Source: Planctomycetota bacterium (lineage in GTDB: Bacteria > Planctomycetota > B15-G4 > SIAN01). From it: a stretch of DNA of 64,000 nt. Each line of letters starts with the position of its first letter. Within the stretch, counting starts at the first letter, position 1. The stretch lies in the NCBI GenBank assembly GCA_031409275.1, contig JANNXA010000034.1:1-64000 (forward strand), written 5' to 3'. A model generated the notes under the pieces. It saw only the letters and a list, made by a program, of their open reading frames with translations. It had not been told where the DNA came from and made no database searches. This document shows positions 26,870 through 36,475 of the stretch, piece after piece. Both the position numbers and the translations under genes were made by a program.

Positions 26870-29077
26870 TCAGCTCGGGACGGGCCCGGCCGGCTCGCCG
26901 CCGAGTTCTTCGTCGGCTCGGTCGCTCGCCTCGTCGCGTGCGCGGCGGTTCTGGATGTTCCAGTGGCGCAGGTAGACGCCATTGGGCTTGCGCGAGAGTT
27001 CGTCGTGCGAGCCCTGCTCGACGATGCGGCCACGCTCGAGCACCACGATCCGGTCGGCGTCGCGCACGGTCGAGAGGCGGTGCGCGATCATGATCACCGT
27101 GCGTCCGACCATCAGCCGCTGCAGCGCCGCCTGGACGACCGCCTCGGATTCGGAATCGAGCGCCGAAGTCGCTTCGTCGAGGATCAGGATCGGCGGGTTG
27201 CGCAGCAGCGCGCGCGCGATGGCGATGCGCTGCCGCTCGCCGCCGGAGACCCGGAAGCCGCGTTCGCCCACCGGCGTCGCGTAGCCGCTCGGCGCGCGCT
27301 CGATGAAGTCGTGGGCGTTGGCGGCTCGCGCCGCGGCGAAGATCTCCTCATCCGTGGCGTCGGGCTTGCCGTAGGCGATGTTCTCGCGGATCGAGTCGCG
27401 GAAGAGGATCGTCTCCTGCGAGACGATGCCGATCTGCTCGCGCAGGCTGCGCAGGTTCAGGTCGCGCAGGTCGACGCCGTCGATCGAGATCGAGCCGCCG
27501 TCGACATCGAAGAAGCGCGGCACGAGGTCGATGAAGGTGGTCTTGCCGGCGCCGCTCGGGCCGACCAGGGCGACCTTCTCGCCCTTCTTGATGACCAGGT
27601 TGATGCCGTTCAGCGTCGGCTTGTGCTTCTCGTGGCAGAACTTGACGTTCTCGAAGCGGATCTCGCGCGAGAAGGGCGGCAGCATCTTCGCATCGGCCTT
27701 CTCGGTGATCTCGGAGCGGGCGGCCAGCACGGTGCCGACGCGGTCCGCCGCCGCGAGGCCGAGCTGGAAGTCGTTCAGCTGCTTGCTCATGCCGCGCAGC
27801 CCGGTCATCGCGCGCGCGAGCGCCAGCACGTTCATCATGAAGCCGGTCGAGTCGAGCGTGCCCGCCAGCACGCGGTCGCCGCCCCACACCATGATCGTGG
27901 AGATGCCGATCGCGCCGATGCCCATGACGACCGGCTCGGTCAGGCTGCGCAGCCGGCGCTGGTGCATCTGCACCTTCATCGCGATGCGCGAAGCGCTGCG
28001 GAAGCGCTTGTACTCGCGATCCTCCGATGCGAACGCTTTCACGACGCGCTGGCCGGTGAGCGCCTCGGTGATGACGATGGCGATCTCGGCCATGCCGGCC
28101 TGGCTCTGCCGATCGCGCTTGCGCAGCTTGCGCGCGATGGCGTTCACTGGCGCGATGGCGGCGCCCATCACTCCCGCGATCACGAAGATGAACGCGCCGC
28201 CATTCAGCGTGATGAAGAACATCATCGCGCTGAAGTCGAGGAAGTCCTGGACGAAGCGGACGAGCGCTTCGGTGAGGAAGCGGCCGAAGATCTCGAGGTC
28301 GCCGGTGATGCGCGCGATCAGCTGGGCCGAGTGGTTCTTCTGATGGAACCGGATCGACAGGCCCATCACATGCTTGAAGAGGTGCGAGCGCACGTCGCGG
28401 ACGACGCGACGCGACACGCCGTTCATCAGCACCGACTGGCCGTACTTCGAGGCGCTGGCCAGCAGCACGGCGATGATCAGGACGATGGCGAAGAACCAGA
28501 GCGTGCGGCGCCGCTTCGCCTGCTCCTCGGGCGCGAGCACCAGCCGGTGCGCCTCCTCGTGCGCCTGCTGCGCCTTGCTCTTCGGCGGATCGGGCGGCTC
28601 GAGGTCGAGCTTCCAGTACAGCCACTTCTGCAGTTCGAAGAACCTCCAGCGCGCGCGTTCAGTGAACGGGGCGTTCGCGTCGGGGCCGGTCGGTGGCAGC
28701 GGCGCGGCGAGGGCGGCTGGCACGGACGGGTCGTCGGGGTGTTCAGGGGCGGCGACGGCGCCCGACGGTGGTTTCGCGACACCGCCTCCGGCCGCGAGCT
28801 CGGCAGGCGTCGGCGCGCCGAGGATCTTGCTCAAGCCGCCCTGCAGGATGCCGAGCTCGGCGCCGACGAAGACCGCCGAGAAGAACGCCATGAGGATCGA
28901 CAGCGCGAACTTGCCGCGATACGGCGTGACGAACCGCATCAGCGACTTGTAGGCGCGCAAGTCGTCGCCCGACGCGGGCAGGAACAGGTGCCAGATCCGC
29001 AGCTTGCGCCGCAGCTCTTCGCGCTTCGCCTCGATCTCGACGAGGTTGGTCACCTCAGGGCGGGGCGTCTCGCTCAA
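26870..29077 (-). CDS. msbA: MsbA-like ABC exporter (fused TMD-NBD)
   Basis: GPSGAGKTT, VSQE, VSGGERQRIAIARA, ILDEATSALD, IAHRLSTV; 6-TM domain. msbA orthology is inferred from similarity and context. Confidence 0.88.
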   Translation of the reverse strand: MSETPRPEVTNLVEIEAKREELRRKLRIWHLFLPASGDDLRAYKSLMRFVTPYRGKFALSILMAFFSAVFVGAELGILQGGLSKILGAPTPAELAAGGGVAKPPSGAVAAPEHPDDPSVPAALAAPLPPTGPDANAPFTERARWRFFELQKWLYWKLDLEPPDPPKSKAQQAHEEAHRLVLAPEEQAKRRRTLWFFAIVLIIAVLLASASKYGQSVLMNGVSRRVVRDVRSHLFKHVMGLSIRFHQKNHSAQLIARITGDLEIFGRFLTEALVRFVQDFLDFSAMMFFITLNGGAFIFVIAGVMGAAIAPVNAIARKLRKRDRQSQAGMAEIAIVITEALTGQRVVKAFASEDREYKRFRSASRIAMKVQMHQRRLRSLTEPVVMGIGAIGISTIMVWGGDRVLAGTLDSTGFMMNVLALARAMTGLRGMSKQLNDFQLGLAAADRVGTVLAARSEITEKADAKMLPPFSREIRFENVKFCHEKHKPTLNGINLVIKKGEKVALVGPSGAGKTTFIDLVPRFFDVDGGSISIDGVDLRDLNLRSLREQIGIVSQETILFRDSIRENIAYGKPDATDEEIFAAARAANAHDFIERAPSGYATPVGERGFRVSGGERQRIAIARALLRNPPILILDEATSALDSESEAVVQAALQRLMVGRTVIMIAHRLSTVRDADRIVVLERGRIVEQGSHDELSRKPNGVYLRHWNIQNRRARDEASDRADEELGGEPAGPVPS

Positions 29078-29138
29078 GAAGGCTCATGCTCCGGCGGGCG
29101 GTGCGCGTGGCGCCTCGGCGCCTGCGACCAAGCGCGGG

Positions 29139-29167
29139 AGAGTAGGCCACACTGGTAGAGCGCACAA
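29139..29167 (-). promoter_or_regulatory. Sigma70-type promoter upstream of the MsbA-like gene
   Basis: Minus strand TTGTGC-N17-TACTCT, about 60 nt upstream of the start codon. Confidence 0.55.
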
Positions 29168-29216
29168 GCGAGCGGCGCGGGGGCCACCGGAGCGAGCAGG
29201 GATCCGAGGCGCTCGT

Positions 29217-30854
29217 TCAGCGATGGACCCGCACGATGACGTAGTCGCGATCGTCGCTGGTGACGGCCACGAGCTGATCGATCTCGAGGCCAAGCAGCGC
29301 CGGCAGCCGCGCCGCATCGCGTGGCTCGCAGACGATCACGAGCCGTGACCCATGGCGCGACGCCAGTTCGCGCAGCTCTTGCGCGGCGGCGCTGGCGGCG
29401 ACGTCGGCGTCGCGCTTGGGCAGCTCGACGATCACCAGTGGCGCCAGCTTCGGCAGCCCGTGGGCGCGCCGCTCACCCTCCGAGTAGTAGCGCAGGCTGT
29501 CGGGGTGGCGCAGCGACAGCGCGACGACGACGTCGTCTGGCGTCGCGGCGGCAGCGAGCGCGGCGCCGAGCGGGCGCGGCGACTTCGCTGCGAAATGGAG
29601 CGGTCCGAGGTCGAGGCCGCGATCGAGGCGCGGCATCACCCACAGCGCGCCACCGGTCAGCAGGACGCAAGTCGCGACGACGAAGCGGAACCACTTGCGC
29701 CGCGCCGCGGTCGCATCACCGACGAGCCACGCCAGCACCAGCGCCGACAGCATCGCGATCGCCGGCTGCAGTGGCATCAGGTAGAGGCTGCGTTTGCCGC
29801 GGATCGCCGAGAAGATCACCACCACCACGACCACGAAGGCGAGCAGGAACCGGCGCGCTTCCGCTTCGGCGGGCGCCACCGATGGCGACACGGCGGGCGT
29901 CGACGAACTCGCCGGCCGGCGTCGTTGTCGCCATGCGACGACCCCTGCGACCAGCCACGCGATGCTCCATGGCAGCGCGTCGATGGGAAGCGTCGTGAGG
30001 TAGTACCACGGCGGTTGCGAGTGGGGCGCGTCCTCTCCCATGCGACCGGCCGTCTGGCGGCGGAAGTTCGCCAGCAGGTCGTCGAGTCCGAGGCGATGCC
30101 ACAGCGGCCCGATCCAGATCGACAGCACCGCGGCGAAGACCAGCAACTGCAGCAGGCCGCTGCCAAGAGTTGCCATCACGCGTGACGCGGCGCTCTGCGG
30201 TGGGATCGCCCGCCATCCGGGTTCGAGGCGGCGCGTGCGCCACGCCGCCCACTCGCGCACCAGCCGACCGATCAGGCCGAAGATGAGGACCGGCGGCCCT
30301 TTGGTGAGGAACCCCAATCCAAGGCACGCCGCGAAGCCGAGCCGCCAGCGCAGCGCGCCCGCGGCGTGGCCGCTCGCCTGCTGCGTGCGCGCGAGCTCTT
30401 CGCACAGCAGCGCGGCGACGATCCAGGTGGCGAGGATCCCGTCGAATGCGGCGCGCTGCCCCAGCCACCACCAGTCGAAGCTCGTGGCGAGCAGCGCCGC
30501 GGCGAGGAAGGCGTGCGCACACAGTCCGAGGCGGCGTGCCCACTCGTAGGTGAGGACGACCCCGAGGATCGCGAAGAGCGCGGCCGGGAGGCGCGCCGCG
30601 ATCGGATCGACGTCGCCGCGCAGGTGACCGATGGCCGCCTGCATCCAGAACAGGAGCGGCGGCTTCTCGCGGTAGACCGCGTCGTTCACGTGCATGACGA
30701 CCGCATCGCCCGACGTCACGATCTCGCGCGCGACCTGCGCGTAGCGCGGCTCGTCGGAATGCCACAAATCGCGCGCCCCCAGCAACGGCAGGATCGCCAG
30801 CGCGGCCAACATCGCGAGGAGGAGGCGCTCGCGGTGCGGCGCAGCGGGCTCCAT
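29217..30854 (-). CDS. ArnT-like (GT83/PMT-fold) lipid-linked sugar transferase
   Basis: DLWHSDEPRYAQVAREI, YREKPPLLFW, ARLPAAL, FLTKGP, HSQPPWYY, LPWS, KRSLYLMP. Confidence 0.9.
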   Translation of the reverse strand: MEPAAPHRERLLLAMLAALAILPLLGARDLWHSDEPRYAQVAREIVTSGDAVVMHVNDAVYREKPPLLFWMQAAIGHLRGDVDPIAARLPAALFAILGVVLTYEWARRLGLCAHAFLAAALLATSFDWWWLGQRAAFDGILATWIVAALLCEELARTQQASGHAAGALRWRLGFAACLGLGFLTKGPPVLIFGLIGRLVREWAAWRTRRLEPGWRAIPPQSAASRVMATLGSGLLQLLVFAAVLSIWIGPLWHRLGLDDLLANFRRQTAGRMGEDAPHSQPPWYYLTTLPIDALPWSIAWLVAGVVAWRQRRRPASSSTPAVSPSVAPAEAEARRFLLAFVVVVVVIFSAIRGKRSLYLMPLQPAIAMLSALVLAWLVGDATAARRKWFRFVVATCVLLTGGALWVMPRLDRGLDLGPLHFAAKSPRPLGAALAAAATPDDVVVALSLRHPDSLRYYSEGERRAHGLPKLAPLVIVELPKRDADVAASAAAQELRELASRHGSRLVIVCEPRDAARLPALLGLEIDQLVAVTSDDRDYVIVRVHR

Positions 30855-30855
30855 T

Positions 30856-31584
30856 TCAGCCGCCGCGTTGCGGGGTGACGTCGCTGGCGGAGAAGCGCAG
30901 CACGCGCCACTGCATCCAACGCACGGCGAGGCAGTCGAGCAGCGCCTTGAACACCCGGTTCCAGACGCCGTACTTCGAGACGCCCGCTTCGCGCGGGCGG
31001 TGATCGACGGCGACCTCGACCACGGTCCGCCCGTGCATCTTGAGGAGCGTCGGCAGGAAGCGGTGCATCCCCTCGAACAGCGCAACCTCGCGGATCTGTT
31101 CGGTGCGGAACGCCTTCAGCGAGCAGCCGGTGTCGCGAATCGTCTCGCGCGTGATGCGGTTGCGCAGCGCGTTGGCGAAGCGCGAACTCACCCGGCGCAC
31201 ATTCGAATCGTTGCGCTTCTGCCGATAGCCGACCACCGCGTCGGCGCGGTCGAGCTCGGCCAGCAGCTTCGGGATCTCGCTCGGCGGGTTCTGGAGGTCG
31301 GCGTCGATGGTGACCAGCACGTCGCCGCGCGCCATGCGGATGCCGGCCGCCGTGCCGCACGTCTGCCCGTGGTGGCGATCGAGCGCGACGACACGCAGTT
31401 CGGGGAAGGACCGCGCCAGCTCGAGCAGCGCCGCGCGCGTCCCGTCGGTCGATCCATCGTCGACGACGATCAGCTCGAATGGCCCGACCGGGCGCAGCGC
31501 CGCCGCCACCTCGGTCACGAGGCGCTCCACGCTTTCCCGCTCGTTGTAGGCGGGAACCACGACACTCAGCAGTTGCGGGCGCAT
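30856..31584 (-). CDS. GT2 polyprenol-phosphate glycosyltransferase (ArnC/DPM1-like)
   Basis: SVVVPAYNE, VDDGSTD, IDADLQN, DTGCSLKAFR, GMHRFLP, HRPREAGVSKYG. Confidence 0.92.
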   Translation of the reverse strand: MRPQLLSVVVPAYNERESVERLVTEVAAALRPVGPFELIVVDDGSTDGTRAALLELARSFPELRVVALDRHHGQTCGTAAGIRMARGDVLVTIDADLQNPPSEIPKLLAELDRADAVVGYRQKRNDSNVRRVSSRFANALRNRITRETIRDTGCSLKAFRTEQIREVALFEGMHRFLPTLLKMHGRTVVEVAVDHRPREAGVSKYGVWNRVFKALLDCLAVRWMQWRVLRFSASDVTPQRGG

Positions 31585-31611
31585 GCGAAGCGGCGGAAGC
31601 TAGCCGCCCAG

Positions 31612-33135
31612 ATGGAAGCGGGCAAACCAGGAAGTGGCGACACGGTGCGCGCCGGAGCTGCACGTTCGCGCCTTGCCGCGTCATTCCGTGGCGGCGGAAT
31701 CGTCGCGGGCGCGCTGGTGGTGGCGCTGATTGCCTGGTGGCTGCTGCAGCCGTCGCGCGAGCCGCGCCTTGCGCCGCTCGCTGACGCGGTCAGCCGTGCG
31801 GGTCGTGCCGAGCCGGACGAGCGCGGAACGGTCGCGGCGTCGCCACTGCCGGCCGACGCGACGTTGGTCGACCCTGCCGTCCCGTTCGAAGGCGTCGTCG
31901 CCCAGCGCAGCGAGATCGAGCGCGCGAGCGACGATTCGGTGGACGCGCGAACGCTCCACGGCTTCGTCGTCGACGAGCGCGGCGTGCCGGTCGAAGGGGT
32001 CGCGGTCGCGTGGTTCGTCGACGACGCGGAACTCTTCGTGATGCAGTCGGAACTCTTGGGCAGAAGGATCGAGGGGGCCTCCACCGCGGCCGACGGTGGT
32101 TTCGAACTGCACGGGGTCCCGGTGGGTGTCGCGCTGCATGTCAGCGCGACGGCGACACCGGAGCGGCAGATCACGGTTGCAGTGGCCGCCGACGCCCGCT
32201 CCGTGCGCATCGTCCTGCCGCGCCTCGGCTCGATCGCCGGCCTCATCCGGGTGGGCCCGGGGGTCGCGGCCGAGGAGCTCTTCCTCAGCGTGACCTCGCA
32301 CGACGGCGCTCCAGGCGCGGCGGCCTGGGGCACCGGAGGCTTGGAGCTCGCCACGCGCGCGCAAGCGACTCCCGATGGACGATTCGAGCTGCTCCACGTT
32401 CCGGTGGGCGAGTGGACGCTTCACGTGGACCACTGCGGGCTCGGAGTGAGCCTGCGCGTCGCCGAAGTGGCGGGAGTTTCCGCCGTGGCCGACTCGGCTC
32501 CGCCCGATCCGCGCCTGTCGCCGCTCGACCTCACCGCGGTGCTGCGAGCGGTCACCGTCGAGGTCGTCGCTGCCAACGGCGCGCCCGTCTCCTCCGGCTG
32601 GTGGACGCTCGCGCGCGCAGCGGACGGCCGCCCCATCAGCGACCGCGACGCCATGCCGACCGATGCGATCGCTCCCGCGCCGCCTCCGATGCCGCTCTGC
32701 AAGCCGTTCGGCTCAGGTCGCTTCACCGTCAGCGTGCCGAGCGGCTCGCGCCATCGCCTCCACGTCGCCGCGCCAGGTCATCGAGTCGCCGCCGCCGACC
32801 TCTCCGAGTCGCAGGTGCGCGTCATCGTCGGACCGCCGGTCGTGCTGCGTGTCGCCCTCGACTCCGAGCTGCGCGAACTCGCGCGCCTCGCCCCCGCGAA
32901 CCTCACGCTGGCCAGCCACGACCGCTGGAGCATCGAGGAGTTCCTCGGCAGCGAGGCGCGTTTCGATGCAGACGGCCGCGCCGAGATGCCGCTCAACTTC
33001 GTCGGGTGGTTGGCGCCGAGGGCGTTCATGCGCTCCTCGCACGAGGCGGAGCTGTCGAGTTGGGTCGACCTCGAACCGATCGAGGTGGGCGAGACAGTCG
33101 GCAACGAGTGGATCGAACTGCGGAGAGCACGATGA
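31612..33135 (+). CDS. Membrane-anchored carboxypeptidase-regulatory-like domain protein
   Basis: N-terminal TM; LHGFVVDERGVPVEGV...TAADGGFEL..VP repeats. Start may be a little further downstream. Confidence 0.7.
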   Translation: MEAGKPGSGDTVRAGAARSRLAASFRGGGIVAGALVVALIAWWLLQPSREPRLAPLADAVSRAGRAEPDERGTVAASPLPADATLVDPAVPFEGVVAQRSEIERASDDSVDARTLHGFVVDERGVPVEGVAVAWFVDDAELFVMQSELLGRRIEGASTAADGGFELHGVPVGVALHVSATATPERQITVAVAADARSVRIVLPRLGSIAGLIRVGPGVAAEELFLSVTSHDGAPGAAAWGTGGLELATRAQATPDGRFELLHVPVGEWTLHVDHCGLGVSLRVAEVAGVSAVADSAPPDPRLSPLDLTAVLRAVTVEVVAANGAPVSSGWWTLARAADGRPISDRDAMPTDAIAPAPPPMPLCKPFGSGRFTVSVPSGSRHRLHVAAPGHRVAAADLSESQVRVIVGPPVVLRVALDSELRELARLAPANLTLASHDRWSIEEFLGSEARFDADGRAEMPLNFVGWLAPRAFMRSSHEAELSSWVDLEPIEVGETVGNEWIELRRAR

Positions 33136-36089
33136 AGCTAGGAGGCCGCGGCGTGAAACGGACCATCGGCGCGTGGCGCGTGGTCGCGAGCCTCGCCTTC
33201 GCAGCGCTCGCTGCCGCTCCCGTGCGCGCGCAGGTGATCGCCTACGACGAGTTCGACGGGCGCTGCCGCAACGGCTGGAAGAGCGCGGGGCTTGGCGAGT
33301 GGAAGGCGTGCGGCGGCGTCGAGCGCGATGGCGCCTTCGTCACCGAGCGCGGCAACGATTGGCGGGCGCTCGACCATTCGGTGGAAGGCGTCGTCTGGTA
33401 CGCGCTCACGTTGCGCCTCGCCACGCCGATCGAGGGCTACGTGACGGTGGCGCCCTCCGACACCGCGCGCGGCCAGTTCAGCGAACTCGGCTTCAACTCC
33501 GGCTACGCGACGCCGGCGCCGCTGTGGACATCGAGTCGCGGCGTCGTGAAAGCGGAGGCGCTTGGCGACGGGACACGGCCGGTCACCTTCCTGCAGCGCT
33601 ACGACTTCGCGCACGACACCTGGAGTGCGTGGGCCGTGGCCGGCGATGGCGCGTCCTTGCTGCCGACCGCCGAAGCGATCGCAGCGGCTTCCGTCGAAGG
33701 CGACGCGCTGCCCGCGGCGCAGCCGCAGGTGCGTGACGCGAAGTGCGCGTGGAACGGCATCGGCTGGCTCTACCTCAGCAAAGGAAGCGCACAAGCCGTC
33801 GCGATCGAGCGGGTCGCCTTCGCGCGCACCGCTCGCGAAGCGCTGACCCCGGTCACCGATCCGGCGACTCCGGTCGAGAGCGGCGCGGCAGCGCTCGAAG
33901 CGGTAGAGCAAGGTGGCGCGGCCGCGATCGCGAACGCGGCGATCGGGACGGCGGGGCGGCGCGATCTGTTCGGCGCCACGTCGCTGCTGCGCGACGGCGA
34001 TGTCGTGTCGTTCTTCGGCGACTCGCTCACGTGGCAGGGGGGCTACGTCGATCGCCTGGCGCAGGAGTGCGCCGCGGCGCTGCCGGGGCGCGACGTGAAG
34101 TGGATCAAGCGCGGCATCAACGGCGGCAAGTCGACTGATCTGCTCGCGGGCTGCAAGGAGCTCTACGGCTGCACGCAGCCCGCTCTCGCCGAGTGCATCG
34201 CGCAGGATCGCGGCAGCGTCGTCGTGATCCTGATTGGCATCAACGATGTCTGGCACGGCGAGCAGGGCAACGCGCCCGACGTGTACGAGGCGACGCTGCG
34301 CTCGCTGGTGCAGCAGGCGCAGAAGGCGGGCGCGGCGGTCGTGGTCGCGACGCCGCCGCTGATCGGGGAGAAGGCGCGCGGCGGCAACTCGCTCGACGCG
34401 AAGCTCGACGAGTACGCCGCGATCGCGCTGCGCGTCGCGGCGGAGAGGGGTGCGGTCGGAGTGCCGCTGCGCGATGCCGCTTTCGCCCAGCTCGCCGCGC
34501 GCAACCGCGCCGACGCCGAGAGTGGCGTCCTCACCTACGACGGCGTTCACCTGAGCGAGCTCGGCAACGAGTGGCTGGCGGAGGAGTTCGCCAGCGCCAT
34601 CGCGCAGGCGCTTGCGCCCATGCGGCTGCTGTCGATCGTCCCGTGGCCGCGTGAGGTGGAGCGCCTCGGCGTCGCGCGCTGGGCGTTCACCGTCTGGGAG
34701 GTGGTGGCGAGCGAGCTGGCGTTGGGGCCGCTCGGAGAGGCGACAGCGGATGCGCTCCATCGCGGGTCGGGCGTGGTCGCACGATGCAGCACGGTTCGTC
34801 CGCACAACGGCGAAGGGAGGGTCGAGCTGATGCTCGATGCAGCCTTAGCGGCCGAGGAGTACGAGCTGCGCATCGACGACGGCGTGACGATTCGCGGCGG
34901 TTCGCCGCGCGCGGTGGCGTGGGGCGTCGCGAGCCTGCTGCAGCTCGTGCCCGTGCGGCCGCCGGGCGAACTGCTGCTGGGGAACGGCGGCGATGCAGTC
35001 GTCTTCGAGCCGCTCGCGCTGCCCTCGCTGCTCGTCCGCGACGCTCCCGACTGCAGCTACCGCGGCCTGCTGGTCGACGTCGCGCGACAGCCCCACACGC
35101 TCGCCACGCTGAAGCAGCTGGTGACCCTCTGTTGGCTCTGCAAGGTGCCGTGGCTGCAGCTCCACCTGACCGACGACCAGGCGTGGACCGTGCCATCGCG
35201 CCGCTTCCAGAACCTCGCCACGCCCGGCCATTCGTTCACGCGCGAAGAGATCGGGGAGCTCGTGCGTTTCGCCGCCGCGCGCGGCGTGGCGATCGTCCCG
35301 GAGATCGACATGCCGGGCCACTGCGGCGCGCTGATCGCCGCGCAGCCGCTGCTCTTCAAGGCGCACGAGCTGCACCACGCGACCATCGCCTTCGCCAAGC
35401 CCGAAGTCATCGCGGCGATGAAGTCGCTCGTCGACGAAGCGATCGAGCTCTTCCCAGGCGCGCCGTGGTTCCATCTCGGCGGCGATGAGTGCGACCTCGA
35501 GCACGTCGACGAGAACCCCGCGTTTCGCGAGGCGTACGCGCGCGTCGGCGTCGCCGACAGGCACGGTCTCTACCTCGCGTTCCTGCGCGAGATGACCGAC
35601 CACGTGAAGGCGCGCGGCCGCCAGCCGATCGTCTGGGAAGGCTTCGGTCATGGCTCGCAGCCGGAGCTGCCGCACGACGTCACGGTGATGGCGTACGAGG
35701 CGCTCTACCACCTGCCCGACTGCCTGTTGCGCGACGGCTGGCCCGTCATCAACACCAGCTGGGAGCCGCTCTACGTGGTGAATGACCGCTGCTGGTCTCC
35801 GCAGCGAATCCATGGCTGGAACCGTTTCCAGTGGGATCACTTCGTCGAGGGCTTCCCCGCGTACGACGGCCTCGTCGTGCCGCCCTCCGATGCCGTGCTG
35901 GGCGGACAGCTCTGCAGCTGGGAACAGCCCGATTCCCTCGAATTGTCGAGCCTGCGCGCGCGCCTTCCCGCGATGGCCGAGCGCCTCTGGGCCGAGCGTG
36001 CCGACCGCGGCTGGTCGGACTTCGCCTGGCGCGCCGCGCGGCTCGAACGCGCGCTGGCACGACAGCTCGACGAGACGCCGCAGCGATGA
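33132..36089 (+). CDS. Secreted fusion: unknown N-terminal domain + SGNH esterase + GH20 beta-N-acetylhexosaminidase
   Basis: FFGDSLT, RGING, IGIND, DGVH (SGNH); YRGLLVDVAR, LHLTDDQ, PEIDMPGH, FHLGGDE (GH20); ATGA overlap with the upstream gene. Confidence 0.88.
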   Translation: MKLGGRGVKRTIGAWRVVASLAFAALAAAPVRAQVIAYDEFDGRCRNGWKSAGLGEWKACGGVERDGAFVTERGNDWRALDHSVEGVVWYALTLRLATPIEGYVTVAPSDTARGQFSELGFNSGYATPAPLWTSSRGVVKAEALGDGTRPVTFLQRYDFAHDTWSAWAVAGDGASLLPTAEAIAAASVEGDALPAAQPQVRDAKCAWNGIGWLYLSKGSAQAVAIERVAFARTAREALTPVTDPATPVESGAAALEAVEQGGAAAIANAAIGTAGRRDLFGATSLLRDGDVVSFFGDSLTWQGGYVDRLAQECAAALPGRDVKWIKRGINGGKSTDLLAGCKELYGCTQPALAECIAQDRGSVVVILIGINDVWHGEQGNAPDVYEATLRSLVQQAQKAGAAVVVATPPLIGEKARGGNSLDAKLDEYAAIALRVAAERGAVGVPLRDAAFAQLAARNRADAESGVLTYDGVHLSELGNEWLAEEFASAIAQALAPMRLLSIVPWPREVERLGVARWAFTVWEVVASELALGPLGEATADALHRGSGVVARCSTVRPHNGEGRVELMLDAALAAEEYELRIDDGVTIRGGSPRAVAWGVASLLQLVPVRPPGELLLGNGGDAVVFEPLALPSLLVRDAPDCSYRGLLVDVARQPHTLATLKQLVTLCWLCKVPWLQLHLTDDQAWTVPSRRFQNLATPGHSFTREEIGELVRFAAARGVAIVPEIDMPGHCGALIAAQPLLFKAHELHHATIAFAKPEVIAAMKSLVDEAIELFPGAPWFHLGGDECDLEHVDENPAFREAYARVGVADRHGLYLAFLREMTDHVKARGRQPIVWEGFGHGSQPELPHDVTVMAYEALYHLPDCLLRDGWPVINTSWEPLYVVNDRCWSPQRIHGWNRFQWDHFVEGFPAYDGLVVPPSDAVLGGQLCSWEQPDSLELSSLRARLPAMAERLWAERADRGWSDFAWRAARLERALARQLDETPQR

Positions 36090-36475
36090 CGTTGGGCCAC
36101 CCCTTCTTTCGCTACGTACTGGTCGGGCTCGGCAGCCTCGCCACCGACTTGTCGCTTTTCGCGCTGCTGACGCATGGCGCCGAGCTCGACCCGCTGGTCG
36201 CGAACCTCATCAGCCGGCCGATGGGTGGGCTGGTCTGCTACCTGCTGAATCGTCGCTTCACCTTCCGCTCGACCGGGGCCGTGCCGGGCGAGCTGGCGCG
36301 CTTCACCGCCGTCTTCCTGGTGAGCCTCGGCCTGACCGAGGCGCTGCTCGCCCTCTTCTGCCACGTGCTCACGTTCGGGCCGGTGGTGGGGAAGGACCTT
36401 GCGGAAGCGTGCGCCTTCTTCTTCAACTTCTTCGCGCTCAAGCACTTCACTTTCCGTCGGAGTCGCGCCGCATGA
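36086..36475 (+). CDS. GtrA family protein (lipid-linked sugar flippase-like)
   Basis: FFRYVLVG...TD, YLLNRRFTFR, NFFALKHFTFR; four TMs; ATGA overlaps at both ends. Confidence 0.88.
   Translation: MTLGHPFFRYVLVGLGSLATDLSLFALLTHGAELDPLVANLISRPMGGLVCYLLNRRFTFRSTGAVPGELARFTAVFLVSLGLTEALLALFCHVLTFGPVVGKDLAEACAFFFNFFALKHFTFRRSRAA

Noticed and set aside
26693..29158. 821-aa plus-strand ORF
   Set aside because: Antisense to the clear MsbA-like gene; typical shadow composition.
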